Below are positions 48,693-57,535 of a stretch of 64,000 nt of DNA, piece by piece. The notes beneath the pieces are model-generated. The model was not told the DNA's origin. It did not search any database and saw only the letters and a program-made list of their open reading frames with translations. The translations under genes and the position numbers were made by a program. Position 1 is the first letter of the stretch, and each line of letters starts with the position of its first letter. The DNA lies in the NCBI GenBank assembly GCA_044226015.1, contig JBGAHS010000005.1, positions 416,001 to 480,000 of the forward strand, written 5' to 3'. The stretch comes from Candidatus Obscuribacteraceae bacterium (lineage in GTDB: Bacteria > Cyanobacteriota > Vampirovibrionia > Obscuribacterales > Obscuribacteraceae).

Positions 48693-49898
48693 TTAGCCTA
48701 GTTCATGTTCCATTGCCTTCAAAGCTTCAGCAAGCTCGCCAGCATCAAGCAGATTCAATGCTTCGTTAACAGACTCAACTGCTGCTGCTCCGTCACCACT
48801 GCTATGAGTAGCGTAGACTGGCTGCAATGCAAGTTGGCGGAAGCCAAATGCAATTTCGTCAGAGCTTGCATCGATGAAGTTTACAACTCTCTGTCTCTGG
48901 CGTTTGATAACCATTGCAACATCGACAGCGGTTGAATTCTTCACTGAATCTTTAAGCACATCGACAACCGAGCGACCCTTGAAAATTTGCTCGATCAAAC
49001 TCTTCGCTTTATTTAACTGTTCGCCTTTAAGCGAGTGTGCCAGTTCTTCTGAAGCTAGATTTTGCAGCATTTGTTTGCGGAACACAGGCGATTCGATGTT
49101 GCTTCCCAACTGTTCTCCGAGTCTACCGATGCTGTTCTTGATGTCATCTTTGCTTAAGCGTTGAAAACGAACCTTCAATGTTTCAGCCAGACCATCAAGC
49201 TTCTTGTTCCAGACTGATGCATGTGAAAGTGTCTGTCTGACAAATGGCTTAGAAATTCCATATTGCAAGTCAGCCCAGTAGCTTTCGTTATGCAGCACCA
49301 CTTCAAGAAAATCACGTTGTTTAGCAAGCTTCATTTCTTGACGATGACCGCAGAACTGCGCAATGTCTGAAGCGTGAAGCGGAATACGACTGTACTTCAC
49401 ATCGAGTGGGCGAGCCTTTGCTACAACTTCAGCAATTTTGGAAAGGTCGAAGTTGCCGTTAGCCACACGGAAGATCAATCTGTCTTCCTTCTGGCCAGCA
49501 TGCTTGTCTTGCAAATCCCAGTCGCTTTTTGGAACGAAACCAACTACTGAAGCACTGCGGTCTGGGTTGAATGAGACTGCCAGTGTTCCAACCGGCATAT
49601 ATGAGCTGCCTGCGAGAAATCTGGGAATGCTGACGCGACCATCTTCGCCAAGTACGCGCACATCAATTCTGGCTCCGTTAACCACAATGTCGTTTACATC
49701 GAAGGTGGCAACCAGCCTATCTTCTCTTGAGTAAGCGCTGTCTTCTTCAAGTACGAGATCCAACTCTGGGTCGAGTTCCATTATAGCTTCTTGAGCAATC
49801 TGGCGTGCCATTTCCTGGCGCACATCACAACCCGTGGCTCGGCTTCGCAGCTGCGCAAGTTTTACTATTTCAGCTGTTATTGGTAATCCTTTAGTCAT
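48693..49898 (-). CDS. DUF1822-like protein
   Basis: N-terminal DSAYS...FDVNDIVVNGARIDVR...VSIP...GTLAVSF...ASVVGF resembles the cyanobacterial DUF1822 N-terminus; lies directly downstream of a sigma-like gene. Confidence 0.55.
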   Translation of the reverse strand: MTKGLPITAEIVKLAQLRSRATGCDVRQEMARQIAQEAIMELDPELDLVLEEDSAYSREDRLVATFDVNDIVVNGARIDVRVLGEDGRVSIPRFLAGSSYMPVGTLAVSFNPDRSASVVGFVPKSDWDLQDKHAGQKEDRLIFRVANGNFDLSKIAEVVAKARPLDVKYSRIPLHASDIAQFCGHRQEMKLAKQRDFLEVVLHNESYWADLQYGISKPFVRQTLSHASVWNKKLDGLAETLKVRFQRLSKDDIKNSIGRLGEQLGSNIESPVFRKQMLQNLASEELAHSLKGEQLNKAKSLIEQIFKGRSVVDVLKDSVKNSTAVDVAMVIKRQRQRVVNFIDASSDEIAFGFRQLALQPVYATHSSGDGAAAVESVNEALNLLDAGELAEALKAMEHELG

Positions 49899-49982
49899 TT
49901 TCCGATTCTCCGAGCAGTTTCTTATTGATTTGGTAATCGATCTCTCACTTTCCCTTATCTCTAAACTGGGCAGTGGAGAAAA

Positions 49983-51422
49983 TTAGGTGGAACTGATACC
50001 CAAAAAGAATTTTTGTCTCAAAAGATTCCACTGTGAGCATTCTGGTCCAATTGCTTCTTCCAATTCTGCCCAGGTTACAAACGGACGTACCTTGCAAATT
50101 AGGGAGGCAAGATCGTTGTCAATGCCAGTTGCGAGTATATCTTCTAGGCTGCTCTTGTTTACATCGAGCCGTTTTGCATCTTGGGCTCGGCTCTTAACAA
50201 CAGCTCCTCTCTGAAAAAGGTCTGGAAGTTCTGTCTTGCTAATCAATCCTTTGCTGAGAATTTCGTTCAGGTCTTTGAATGGGCGCTCAGCCACAAGTTT
50301 TTGAGCTTTTTCTTTTGTAAGTCCCAGAATATCCTGCATGTCACGAGCTGTTGCCGTGTTTATCTCAAGCGGAACAAAGGCTGCTGTGGCTCCTTTTCCT
50401 TTGAGTTCGGGAATTCTGTTTGGTTTGACGACTCCGTTGTCGATCAATTCTTCGAGATTGTGAAACTGTCTTCCTTTTATTAGGCGTTCGATTTCACCTT
50501 CAGTCATTCCAAGCTGCTGGGAAAGCTCGCGCCGTGAGGCTGTGTTGACATTTACACCTCGTTGCCAGCATTCAGCAATTCCAGGTAGCTGTTTGTATAT
50601 ACGTTGCCTTACCAGGTCAAGTCCTTTGTCCAACAAAACCTGGCAACGAGCTATTCTTCGAGGCATTGTATCTGCCTGTATGCTCAGGCGCTCACAGACT
50701 TCTCTCATAGTCATCTCTTCGCCTGCGACTGAGCTTTCCGTCAGTCCAAGCCCGAAGATGCAATCTACGACAGTTAAAGCGTCACTTGCTGCACCTGGTT
50801 CGCCAAGCATTTGCTTCAGGTGGATTCTGAGTTGATTCAACTGGCTTACTTGCTCAGAGCTTAAGATCTGATTTTCGGGTGTGATTGCGACATCATCAGC
50901 GACTGTGTTGCGTGGGTCATCTTGCTCGGGGTCGAGATTGCAGTCCTGGAGAGTGTTCTTTTCCCAGTTTGCTTCGACCCTGATGAAGTCAATAACCGCA
51001 TTGTGTACTGTTCGCTGAATGTATGCCGGAAGCAATACTTTGAATCCGTCTTCGCTGTTACCCGCCAAATGTTTTAGGAGAACACCTTCCAGCTTTTGAG
51101 AAATCTCAACCGATAAAGATACGCTCTGGCTTTTTTGCTCATCAGCTGCAACATAGCGTTGACTGAGAAAGCGGCGCAAATTCTGGTTGGAACTTAGCAT
51201 TCGTGCCAGAATTGGCTGGTAATAATTGTCCCGGAGCAGTTTTACAAAGGGTTCTCGGCGATCTTCCAGCTTACTCGCTTTGATGAAAATGGCTTTGGCG
51301 CCTACGCGGGAGAGAAAATCTGCCATGTTGGGGCGACTTCCTGCGTCCCAATTTCGCAGCAAAGATTCCCATTCTGGGGCAAACTGAAAAACTTCTCTTA
51401 ACTCAGTAGAACTTGAGAGCAT
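49983..51422 (-). CDS. sigma-70/ECF-like protein fused to three ComEA-type helix-hairpin-helix domains
   Basis: Region-2-like FKVLLPAYIQRTVHNAVIDFIR; TPENQIL; region-4-like FGLG...MTMREVCERL; VNVNTAS, LEINTAT and LDVNKSS...RPF HhH repeats. Confidence 0.75.
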   Translation of the reverse strand: MLSSSTELREVFQFAPEWESLLRNWDAGSRPNMADFLSRVGAKAIFIKASKLEDRREPFVKLLRDNYYQPILARMLSSNQNLRRFLSQRYVAADEQKSQSVSLSVEISQKLEGVLLKHLAGNSEDGFKVLLPAYIQRTVHNAVIDFIRVEANWEKNTLQDCNLDPEQDDPRNTVADDVAITPENQILSSEQVSQLNQLRIHLKQMLGEPGAASDALTVVDCIFGLGLTESSVAGEEMTMREVCERLSIQADTMPRRIARCQVLLDKGLDLVRQRIYKQLPGIAECWQRGVNVNTASRRELSQQLGMTEGEIERLIKGRQFHNLEELIDNGVVKPNRIPELKGKGATAAFVPLEINTATARDMQDILGLTKEKAQKLVAERPFKDLNEILSKGLISKTELPDLFQRGAVVKSRAQDAKRLDVNKSSLEDILATGIDNDLASLICKVRPFVTWAELEEAIGPECSQWNLLRQKFFLGISST

Positions 51423-51775
51423 CGATTACCTGTGATGGTCCAAGACCAAAAGACGAAGTCGTCACTTCGCAAGGAATATTAAACCACAGTGCGACCTTCT
51501 ACACCGGCTTTTCGAGCGCCTGTATCGATTTGTCATGTCTAAGCCACTTGAAGCTGTGGGCTTTTCGGCGCTCAAGAGGATAACGTCAAGTGTTAATCTG
51601 CCTCTTCCTTTAATAACAATTTAGCTTGCTTTTCAGGTTGTTTGTTTCGTTGATATCTATTAGCTCTCTAAAGTGTCCTCAGGTAAAGCGTTTTGGCATT
51701 AATGTCAGAAAAGATTGGCGCTCTATGAGAAAATGCCAGTGATTTGGTGACTACAACGCTGAGGGCGGTTTACAA

Positions 51776-53059
51776 GTGGCTCAGGGACAAAAGTCTCGTT
51801 CCAAAGATGGGTTGGTTCAAAATCCAGCTCAGGTCGGCAATGCGCTCGCCCATGTTCTCACGTCTGAGAATGGAAGAGAAATTGTCTTAGGGCAAGCCTG
51901 GCTTGCAGCACCAGGAAAGCTAATAACTTGTGGGCATGTCGTGGAAAGGTTTGTTGGGGCACCAGCGCATCTGTTCGTCAAGTTCCCTGCCTCTGGCAAT
52001 CGCTATCAGGTGTCCAGGGTGATGCTTCACCCAAGTTTTGTGCGACAACCAGACCAGCTTGTGAAGTTTGACGTGGCAATGATGGAAGTTGCGCTGCAGC
52101 ACCCTGAATCGAGCGCAACTCCGCTGCCGTTTTCGTACGAGCAGGCCTTCACTACCAATCAGACATTATGGGCTGTTAGATATGCTGCGCATCTGGGACA
52201 TTTGAGTGCCGCCCCTCAGCCTCTAACGCAAGATGGTCGCTATCTTGGACCACTTCGAATTCACGACACTTTTCACCTTTTGCATGATTTGCCGCTCGCC
52301 CCGGGCGACTCAGGTTCGCCAATTTCAGATGGAAACAGCATTGTTGCCATCCACTGTGGAGACACAGCGACACTGCCTGGGCTAAATTTGCCAACAACCT
52401 CCATTCGGCTTGCACTCTGGGTCGATGCGCTGAGAGAGCTGGGAATAAATGAAACTGTTCGTGGTGGCAGCGCTCAGCAAGGCAGCAATCCTCTGCCGCA
52501 TGCCATTCTCTCTTTCGTGCTGGCTGCAGCAATAGCCGCCGCTGCCGGCTGGTTCTATTTTTCCTCGCAAGCTAAGCAAGCCTGGGCATTCGATAACCCA
52601 GGGCTGATGCCCGTTAAGGTATCGTTCAATGAATCGATTGAGCAATATGAGTTAAATCAGGATATCGTCATAACGATAACGCCATACTCAAATTGCTACC
52701 TTTTCGCGGTCTCTATCGACAAGGATGGTAATGTATGCGCGCTCTATCCACAGGCAGGTCAGGACAGCAGTGTTTTGCAGAAGGGCGAACAGCGAATAAT
52801 CAACCAGTTTGGAAGAACGAAATTGGCTGCAAACCCGAGTAAGGACATGATGTACATCATTTCCGTGGATGGTGATAGTCCAGGTGGGGCTGATATTGCC
52901 AAGCAAGTTCTCTCAAGTAAGGATTGGCCGCCCAAAGCGGAAGAGGGGCAGCCCTTGTTAATCAAAGGCAAGGAGTTCTTGGACAGAATAAAGGCGCTGC
53001 GTGAGCAGCATCCGGCAGATATTCAGTATTATGGGTTTATAGGACCGCACTCAAAATAG
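51776..53059 (+). CDS. trypsin-like serine protease - TM - DUF4384-like domain
   Basis: ITCGHVV, FDVAMM and PGDSGSP catalytic triad; TM helix AILSFVLAAAIAAAAGWFYF; YELNQDIVI..CYLFAVSIDKDGNVCALYP DUF4384 pattern. Confidence 0.85.
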   Translation: MAQGQKSRSKDGLVQNPAQVGNALAHVLTSENGREIVLGQAWLAAPGKLITCGHVVERFVGAPAHLFVKFPASGNRYQVSRVMLHPSFVRQPDQLVKFDVAMMEVALQHPESSATPLPFSYEQAFTTNQTLWAVRYAAHLGHLSAAPQPLTQDGRYLGPLRIHDTFHLLHDLPLAPGDSGSPISDGNSIVAIHCGDTATLPGLNLPTTSIRLALWVDALRELGINETVRGGSAQQGSNPLPHAILSFVLAAAIAAAAGWFYFSSQAKQAWAFDNPGLMPVKVSFNESIEQYELNQDIVITITPYSNCYLFAVSIDKDGNVCALYPQAGQDSSVLQKGEQRIINQFGRTKLAANPSKDMMYIISVDGDSPGGADIAKQVLSSKDWPPKAEEGQPLLIKGKEFLDRIKALREQHPADIQYYGFIGPHSK

Positions 53060-53184
53060 TTCAGGGAAAAGCAACTTTTTTTGTCGCAACCCCCTAATTT
53101 AAACTGTAATAACGTCTAACTGATGTGCGATAGGAATAAACTGGATTTATGGCTACGCGCAAGACAACTGACAGAGGACCAAAA

Positions 53185-54144
53185 ATGAGACTACGTAACT
53201 TAGTAATGGGCGGTTTGGCATTCAGCCTTGCTTTGCTGCCACAAATGGTACTTGCTGATGAAAAGCCTGCTAATGCAAAGGCTGAGAAGAAAGAAGCTAG
53301 CAAGGAAACTCCGGCTCCAATTAATGAGCTTGATCAAAATCGAAGAGGACGCGGATTTAATTTTGCTCCGATCGTTCCCACCCACGCTGTAGCTGCCCCC
53401 GTCACACACGCTGCTCCGGTTTCGCCGGTAAAAGCGCCAGTGAAGGCTGCTGCGACCTCCAAGCCAACACAAGTTGCTGTTGTGCGGCATCAAATCATCA
53501 AAGCTGTGCCAAAGCAGGTCAAACATGATGTGACTTTGACCGCGAAGCATACCGCCACTCCGACAGTGGTCGAACCAAAGCACAGCCAGAGTGCTGTTCT
53601 CGTCAACTTCAAGCAAGAGGACGGTCCAGTCATCTCTGCCAAGCTCGACAAGGAAGGCACCAGCCCCAAATATAAAGTTGGCGACAAGATGGTTGTTAAT
53701 GTAAGGGCAAATCAAGACTGCAACGTTGTTGTATTCAACTATGATTCCGCTGGAACATTGACCCAGATCTTCCCTAACGACTATCAGCAAAATGGATTCG
53801 TCAAAGCCGGTGATTCAATAGAGATTGGTGGCAGTGATAGCCCCTTCGATTATCAAATCTCGGGCAAGGGCGGACCAGAAAAGGTATTCGTTTATGCCTA
53901 CCCGACGAGTGATAAGGCAGCACCTATAACTCAACTAACCGCAATGGCTCCAATTTCTGGAACTCCTTTCCGAGGAACGGAAATGACCATCGATAAATAT
54001 CGTGATTTGGTCAATAATTCTAAAGTGTTCTTCGCACGTTCTGTGCAAGTAATGCCCAAGAAAGGTGCTCAGTTGGTTAGCCAGGCTCAACCCGCATCTT
54101 CTCCAAACAAGGTAGAGCTTACCTTCTCGGTTGACGCAAAGTAG
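53185..54144 (+). CDS. exported DUF4384-domain protein
   Basis: Signal peptide, Ala/Pro linker, YKVGDKMVVNVRANQDCNVVVFNYDSAGTLTQIFPN...GPEKV. Confidence 0.82.
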   Translation: MRLRNLVMGGLAFSLALLPQMVLADEKPANAKAEKKEASKETPAPINELDQNRRGRGFNFAPIVPTHAVAAPVTHAAPVSPVKAPVKAAATSKPTQVAVVRHQIIKAVPKQVKHDVTLTAKHTATPTVVEPKHSQSAVLVNFKQEDGPVISAKLDKEGTSPKYKVGDKMVVNVRANQDCNVVVFNYDSAGTLTQIFPNDYQQNGFVKAGDSIEIGGSDSPFDYQISGKGGPEKVFVYAYPTSDKAAPITQLTAMAPISGTPFRGTEMTIDKYRDLVNNSKVFFARSVQVMPKKGAQLVSQAQPASSPNKVELTFSVDAK

Positions 54145-54167
54145 AGCGATAGCAAGTCAGTTGTTGG

Positions 54168-54201
54168 AAGACCCCGGGCGTCTCACCGGGGTCTTTCTTT
54201 T
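54168..54201 (+). terminator. intrinsic terminator
   Basis: AAGACCCCGG-GCGTCTCA-CCGGGGTCTT followed by TCTTTT. Confidence 0.85.
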
Positions 54202-54211
54202 GCGTCTGCAC

Positions 54212-55210
54212 CTAATGTGGTGGCAGATTAGAACCAAATCTGACGTGTGATTCGCATAATTCTACTTGATCGTTTATGTTCAATAAATCCGAATTCAAAA
54301 GGTCTACAGAATCCTGTCCAAAGCTTCGTAGCTCATTGTTCTTTGAACTAAGCAAAGAGAGTAAGTCTCGGCTGTCCCAATCATCAAGCTTTGCTGTTGT
54401 GAGATTTCTTGCTTGTTGCAACTCGTGTTGACCTGGCGCAGTTTCCAGGTCTGCAAGTTTTACCTGCTTGGAAAAGGTGCTTGAGTTTACTTTTGCCTCT
54501 TTCATGGTTTGAATGTCGCGGAGAAACTCAATCAAATCTCTAGTTGATTGATGGGCAGTAGTGGTCTGTTCGGGTTTGCAGAACTTAGCTTCAGCCAAGC
54601 TATTTTGGGTCGAAGCTGGCACACGGTGAAGCGATTTTATGCCACTGCCAGCTCCTGCCCTGAACGCCAAAATTCCTACAGGCAAGTTTCCGGCAAAGTT
54701 TCCAATGCTATATCCAAGGTCGTGACCTGCAGCTCGAAGTTCAGTCGGTGTTTTTGCGGTGTTACTCTCTTTGAAAATCCTAAGTCCAGTATTTACTAAT
54801 GGTGCAGTGAAAATGGCTCCAAGAGCTAAAGCGGCAACTTTTCCAAAGGGTCCGGATTGAGCCAGATATCTTGACGCAAAACCGAGCGTCGCACCTATTG
54901 CGGCGTTCTCCACGATAACAGGAACTGGGATTGAAACTCTCTTACCACAGGTTCTCTCGGAGAGTGGAAGAGCAAGTTGGTCCACTCCTACAAGAGCCTG
55001 TCCTAATCCCGCCGGTATTGCCTCAGCACATGCACCAGCAATTATTGTTGAACGGTCTTTCGTTGATGACTCAGTCTTCTCTTTCTGTTTATTAGATTGG
55101 CTCGGAGTGCGCCATGAATAAGAATACGATTCGACAAATTCTTTTTGCAGGGAATTTGTCATCTCAACATGTTGGTTTGATGTGCAACTGAATCTGTCAA
55201 AAGACGACAT
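54212..55210 (-). CDS. hypothetical protein with Gly/Ala-rich hydrophobic helices
   Basis: ORF with RBS GGAG before MSSFDRF; central glycine-zipper-like helices. Confidence 0.65.
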   Translation of the reverse strand: MSSFDRFSCTSNQHVEMTNSLQKEFVESYSYSWRTPSQSNKQKEKTESSTKDRSTIIAGACAEAIPAGLGQALVGVDQLALPLSERTCGKRVSIPVPVIVENAAIGATLGFASRYLAQSGPFGKVAALALGAIFTAPLVNTGLRIFKESNTAKTPTELRAAGHDLGYSIGNFAGNLPVGILAFRAGAGSGIKSLHRVPASTQNSLAEAKFCKPEQTTTAHQSTRDLIEFLRDIQTMKEAKVNSSTFSKQVKLADLETAPGQHELQQARNLTTAKLDDWDSRDLLSLLSSKNNELRSFGQDSVDLLNSDLLNINDQVELCESHVRFGSNLPPH

Positions 55211-55281
55211 TATAAAACTCCAGCTTGATAGGGCAAACATAATCTTGAATTTTGAAATTCACTTGAAAAAGTCTCGCTGAT

Positions 55282-55563
55282 TTGTGCACAGAAAAATCAA
55301 ATAGCACAAACCACGTAGATAACGCAGCAAGTGCAGATCTATCTGCTTCGCTGTGGTCAGCTTCCGAAGCTGGAATAGCACAAGCCAAGTTTGTAGACCA
55401 TCCAAAAGAAGGCTACTATGTGGACAATGGTGTCAGGGCCGATTACGACAAGCGAACGGGAATTCCCTATCGAATCGAGAATGGAAATGGTACTTGTACC
55501 TTTTCATATCCGGGTGGTGGAGGTGAGTACTTTGCGCCTTGCAAGAGCCGGAAGCACAAGTAG
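55282..55563 (+). CDS. small hypothetical protein
   Basis: 93-aa ORF filling the gap and ending at a terminator-like hairpin. Confidence 0.45.
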   Translation: MCTEKSNSTNHVDNAASADLSASLWSASEAGIAQAKFVDHPKEGYYVDNGVRADYDKRTGIPYRIENGNGTCTFSYPGGGGEYFAPCKSRKHK

Positions 55564-55584
55564 ATTAGATCGGTATTCTAACTA

Positions 55585-55619
55585 AAAATATGCTCTGGAA
55601 GTGAGTCAGAGCATATTTT
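55585..55619. terminator. bidirectional terminator-like hairpin
   Basis: AAAATATGCTCTG ... CAGAGCATATTTT 13-bp stem between convergent genes. Confidence 0.7.
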
Positions 55620-55621
55620 CG

Positions 55622-56194
55622 TTAGTTGATTCTGATTGGTTTTCCTGAAATCTCGTAAAGATGCAAGTAGTAAAAAGCAACGATTACGAGAGCATGGGTG
55701 ATTTGACCTGATTGAATCAATTCAGGAATTTGCTCGATTGGTGTTAGGCGAATCTCAATGTATTCGTTTCTGTCGAACTTTGGCTCGATGATTCGTTTAA
55801 CGCCACGAGCAAGAAATGTGTCGCAGTAATTACTCTGGATGGCTGGGTTTGGATGATTTCTTCCAATGTGAATCAGCTCAGAACCTTCGTATCCGGTTTC
55901 TTCAAGAAGTTCTCGTGCCCCAGCGTGCATTGGCGAGGGATCGTCGAAGTCAACCATACCGCCAGGAATTTCGAGCGTGAGCTGTCCTGTTCCGTGCCTG
56001 AACTGTTCAACCAGCACAACTTCGTTATTTTCGGTAATAGGTAACACATTAACCCAGTGTGATGGGTGCAGAACGTAAAAGTGATGCGTGCGCTCTTCCC
56101 CTGCAGGTGACGCAAGGGTTCTGTTTACGGAAAAAACTCGACAATCGGCAATTTTTTCTGATGAAATTGTTTGCCAGTTAAAACGCGCCGGCAT
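55622..56194 (-). CDS. NUDIX hydrolase (ADP-ribose pyrophosphatase-like)
   Basis: VEQFRHG, LEIPGGMVD...AGARELLEETGY Nudix box, NPA. Confidence 0.92.
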   Translation of the reverse strand: MPARFNWQTISSEKIADCRVFSVNRTLASPAGEERTHHFYVLHPSHWVNVLPITENNEVVLVEQFRHGTGQLTLEIPGGMVDFDDPSPMHAGARELLEETGYEGSELIHIGRNHPNPAIQSNYCDTFLARGVKRIIEPKFDRNEYIEIRLTPIEQIPELIQSGQITHALVIVAFYYLHLYEISGKPIRIN

Positions 56195-56402
56195 AATCCC
56201 TCAAATCTGGCATGGCCAGACTTCTAGTATAAGGCCGTTTGAGCCTATTATGCCTAAGTTACAATCTAAAGTTCTGATTAATGATGCGTAGTCGATCCTT
56301 GAATAGCTCTTCCAGTAATACTTTGCCAGGTTCAGGGTTTTCCCTCTAATACTGGAATCTGGTCTTTTGCATAATTGAATTTAGATTCTGGAGTTTGCGT
56401 AA

Positions 56403-57521
56403 ATGAATAAATGTCGACTCGGCGTGGCGCTGTCCGCGACGATAACTCTTTGTATTTCACTTTCGGTTTCCGCCCAAAATGAGAAGTGGCCAGGAGGGTT
56501 TCCGGGTTCAAAGATGGCAATTGAAACGCCTCTCAAACGAATTATTTCTGGTACTCCAGGTACGTATAATTCGAATATGCGCTCCAAATATGGTGCGGGT
56601 TCACTCACCTCTAATACAGTTTCTTCGAAATTCGGACGAAGCGTCAAAACAGGTTATGTCGCATGGCACAATGATATACAGACGGCTCTCGAAGCATCCA
56701 GGAAGTCTGCAAAACCTCTCCTCGTTTTTCAGATGTTGGGCCGATTAGATCAGGAATTCTGTTGAACGAATGCAAGAATGGCGAGAACCGTGTTGTTCTC
56801 TAATAAAGAACTGGCAAAATACATCAATGAAAATTTCGAACCAGTCTGGCAATCAGTCAGAGAAGTTCCTATCGTAAATATCGACTTTGGCAATGGCAAT
56901 ACTGTAAAAAGAACCATTAATGGGAACGTTGCTACGTTCGTCTGCAAGAGCAATGGTGAGGTTCTTGATGTTCTGCCCGGGCTATACAGTCCGGATTCGT
57001 TCGAAAGCAGGTTAGAACAATTGTCTCTATTAAACAAATACATAGAGCAGTTTCCTACAAAAAACGAGGGAGATCTGCTCGCTGGCTATCACCATATGCA
57101 GTACCAGAGGCTCTTGGCTGGAAAAACAACTACAGAGTTTGCAATGAAAAACAAAGCTGACGGAAATTCCCTTATCGTCTTTACCGACAGAACATCATCA
57201 GAGCTTAAGCGATGGCAAGAACCGATCAGTTCCAAGGAGTCTTATCGAACACTTCCGTTCTCAGATAAGTTGGAAGATTGGTCACAGTTGAATGACGACG
57301 TACGTTATAACGAGACAGTTATGCGAAAGCAAATACATAATCGTTTGGAACAAATGCAGAAAGTGAAAGAGCCAGCAACGGTAGCAGGACTGAGCAAATG
57401 GATTTACCGCGAAGTGCTTCACACCGACATTGATGACCCCTACCTTGGTCTGCAAACGGTACTCGACGGAACCTATCCTTTTGAGAAAATGAATCGGGTC
57501 AAACCGCTTGGTGGCACCTAA
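56403..57521 (+). CDS. predicted exported thioredoxin-like selenoprotein (372 aa, Sec at codon 121, CU motif)
   Basis: ORFs 56403..56765 and 56778..57521 are in frame and separated only by TGA at 56763-56765. Read-through gives VAWHNDIQTALEASRKSAKPLLVFQMLGRLDQEFC-U-TNARMARTVLFSNKELAKYINENFEPVW, a continuous thioredoxin-like fold. A SECIS-like hairpin follows. Confidence 0.78.
56766..56800 (+). promoter_or_regulatory. putative bacterial SECIS element
   Basis: Stem GAGAAC (56783-56788) / GTTCTC (56795-56800) with loop CGTGTT; 23 nt lie between the UGA and the loop, and G is the second loop base. Confidence 0.65.
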
Positions 57522-57535
57522 CTTTTGATGCTGTT

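Noticed and set aside
51506..51571. GGCTTTTCG(A)GCGC imperfect direct repeat in the divergent sigma/trypsin intergenic region
   Set aside because: Only two short imperfect copies, which cannot be distinguished from chance without homologous promoters.
56763..56765. Genome-wide UGA reassignment (code 4 or 25) as the explanation for the in-frame TGA
   Set aside because: TGA terminates many clearly complete genes in this window (for example at 2130, 7257, 8759, 14681 and 33204).
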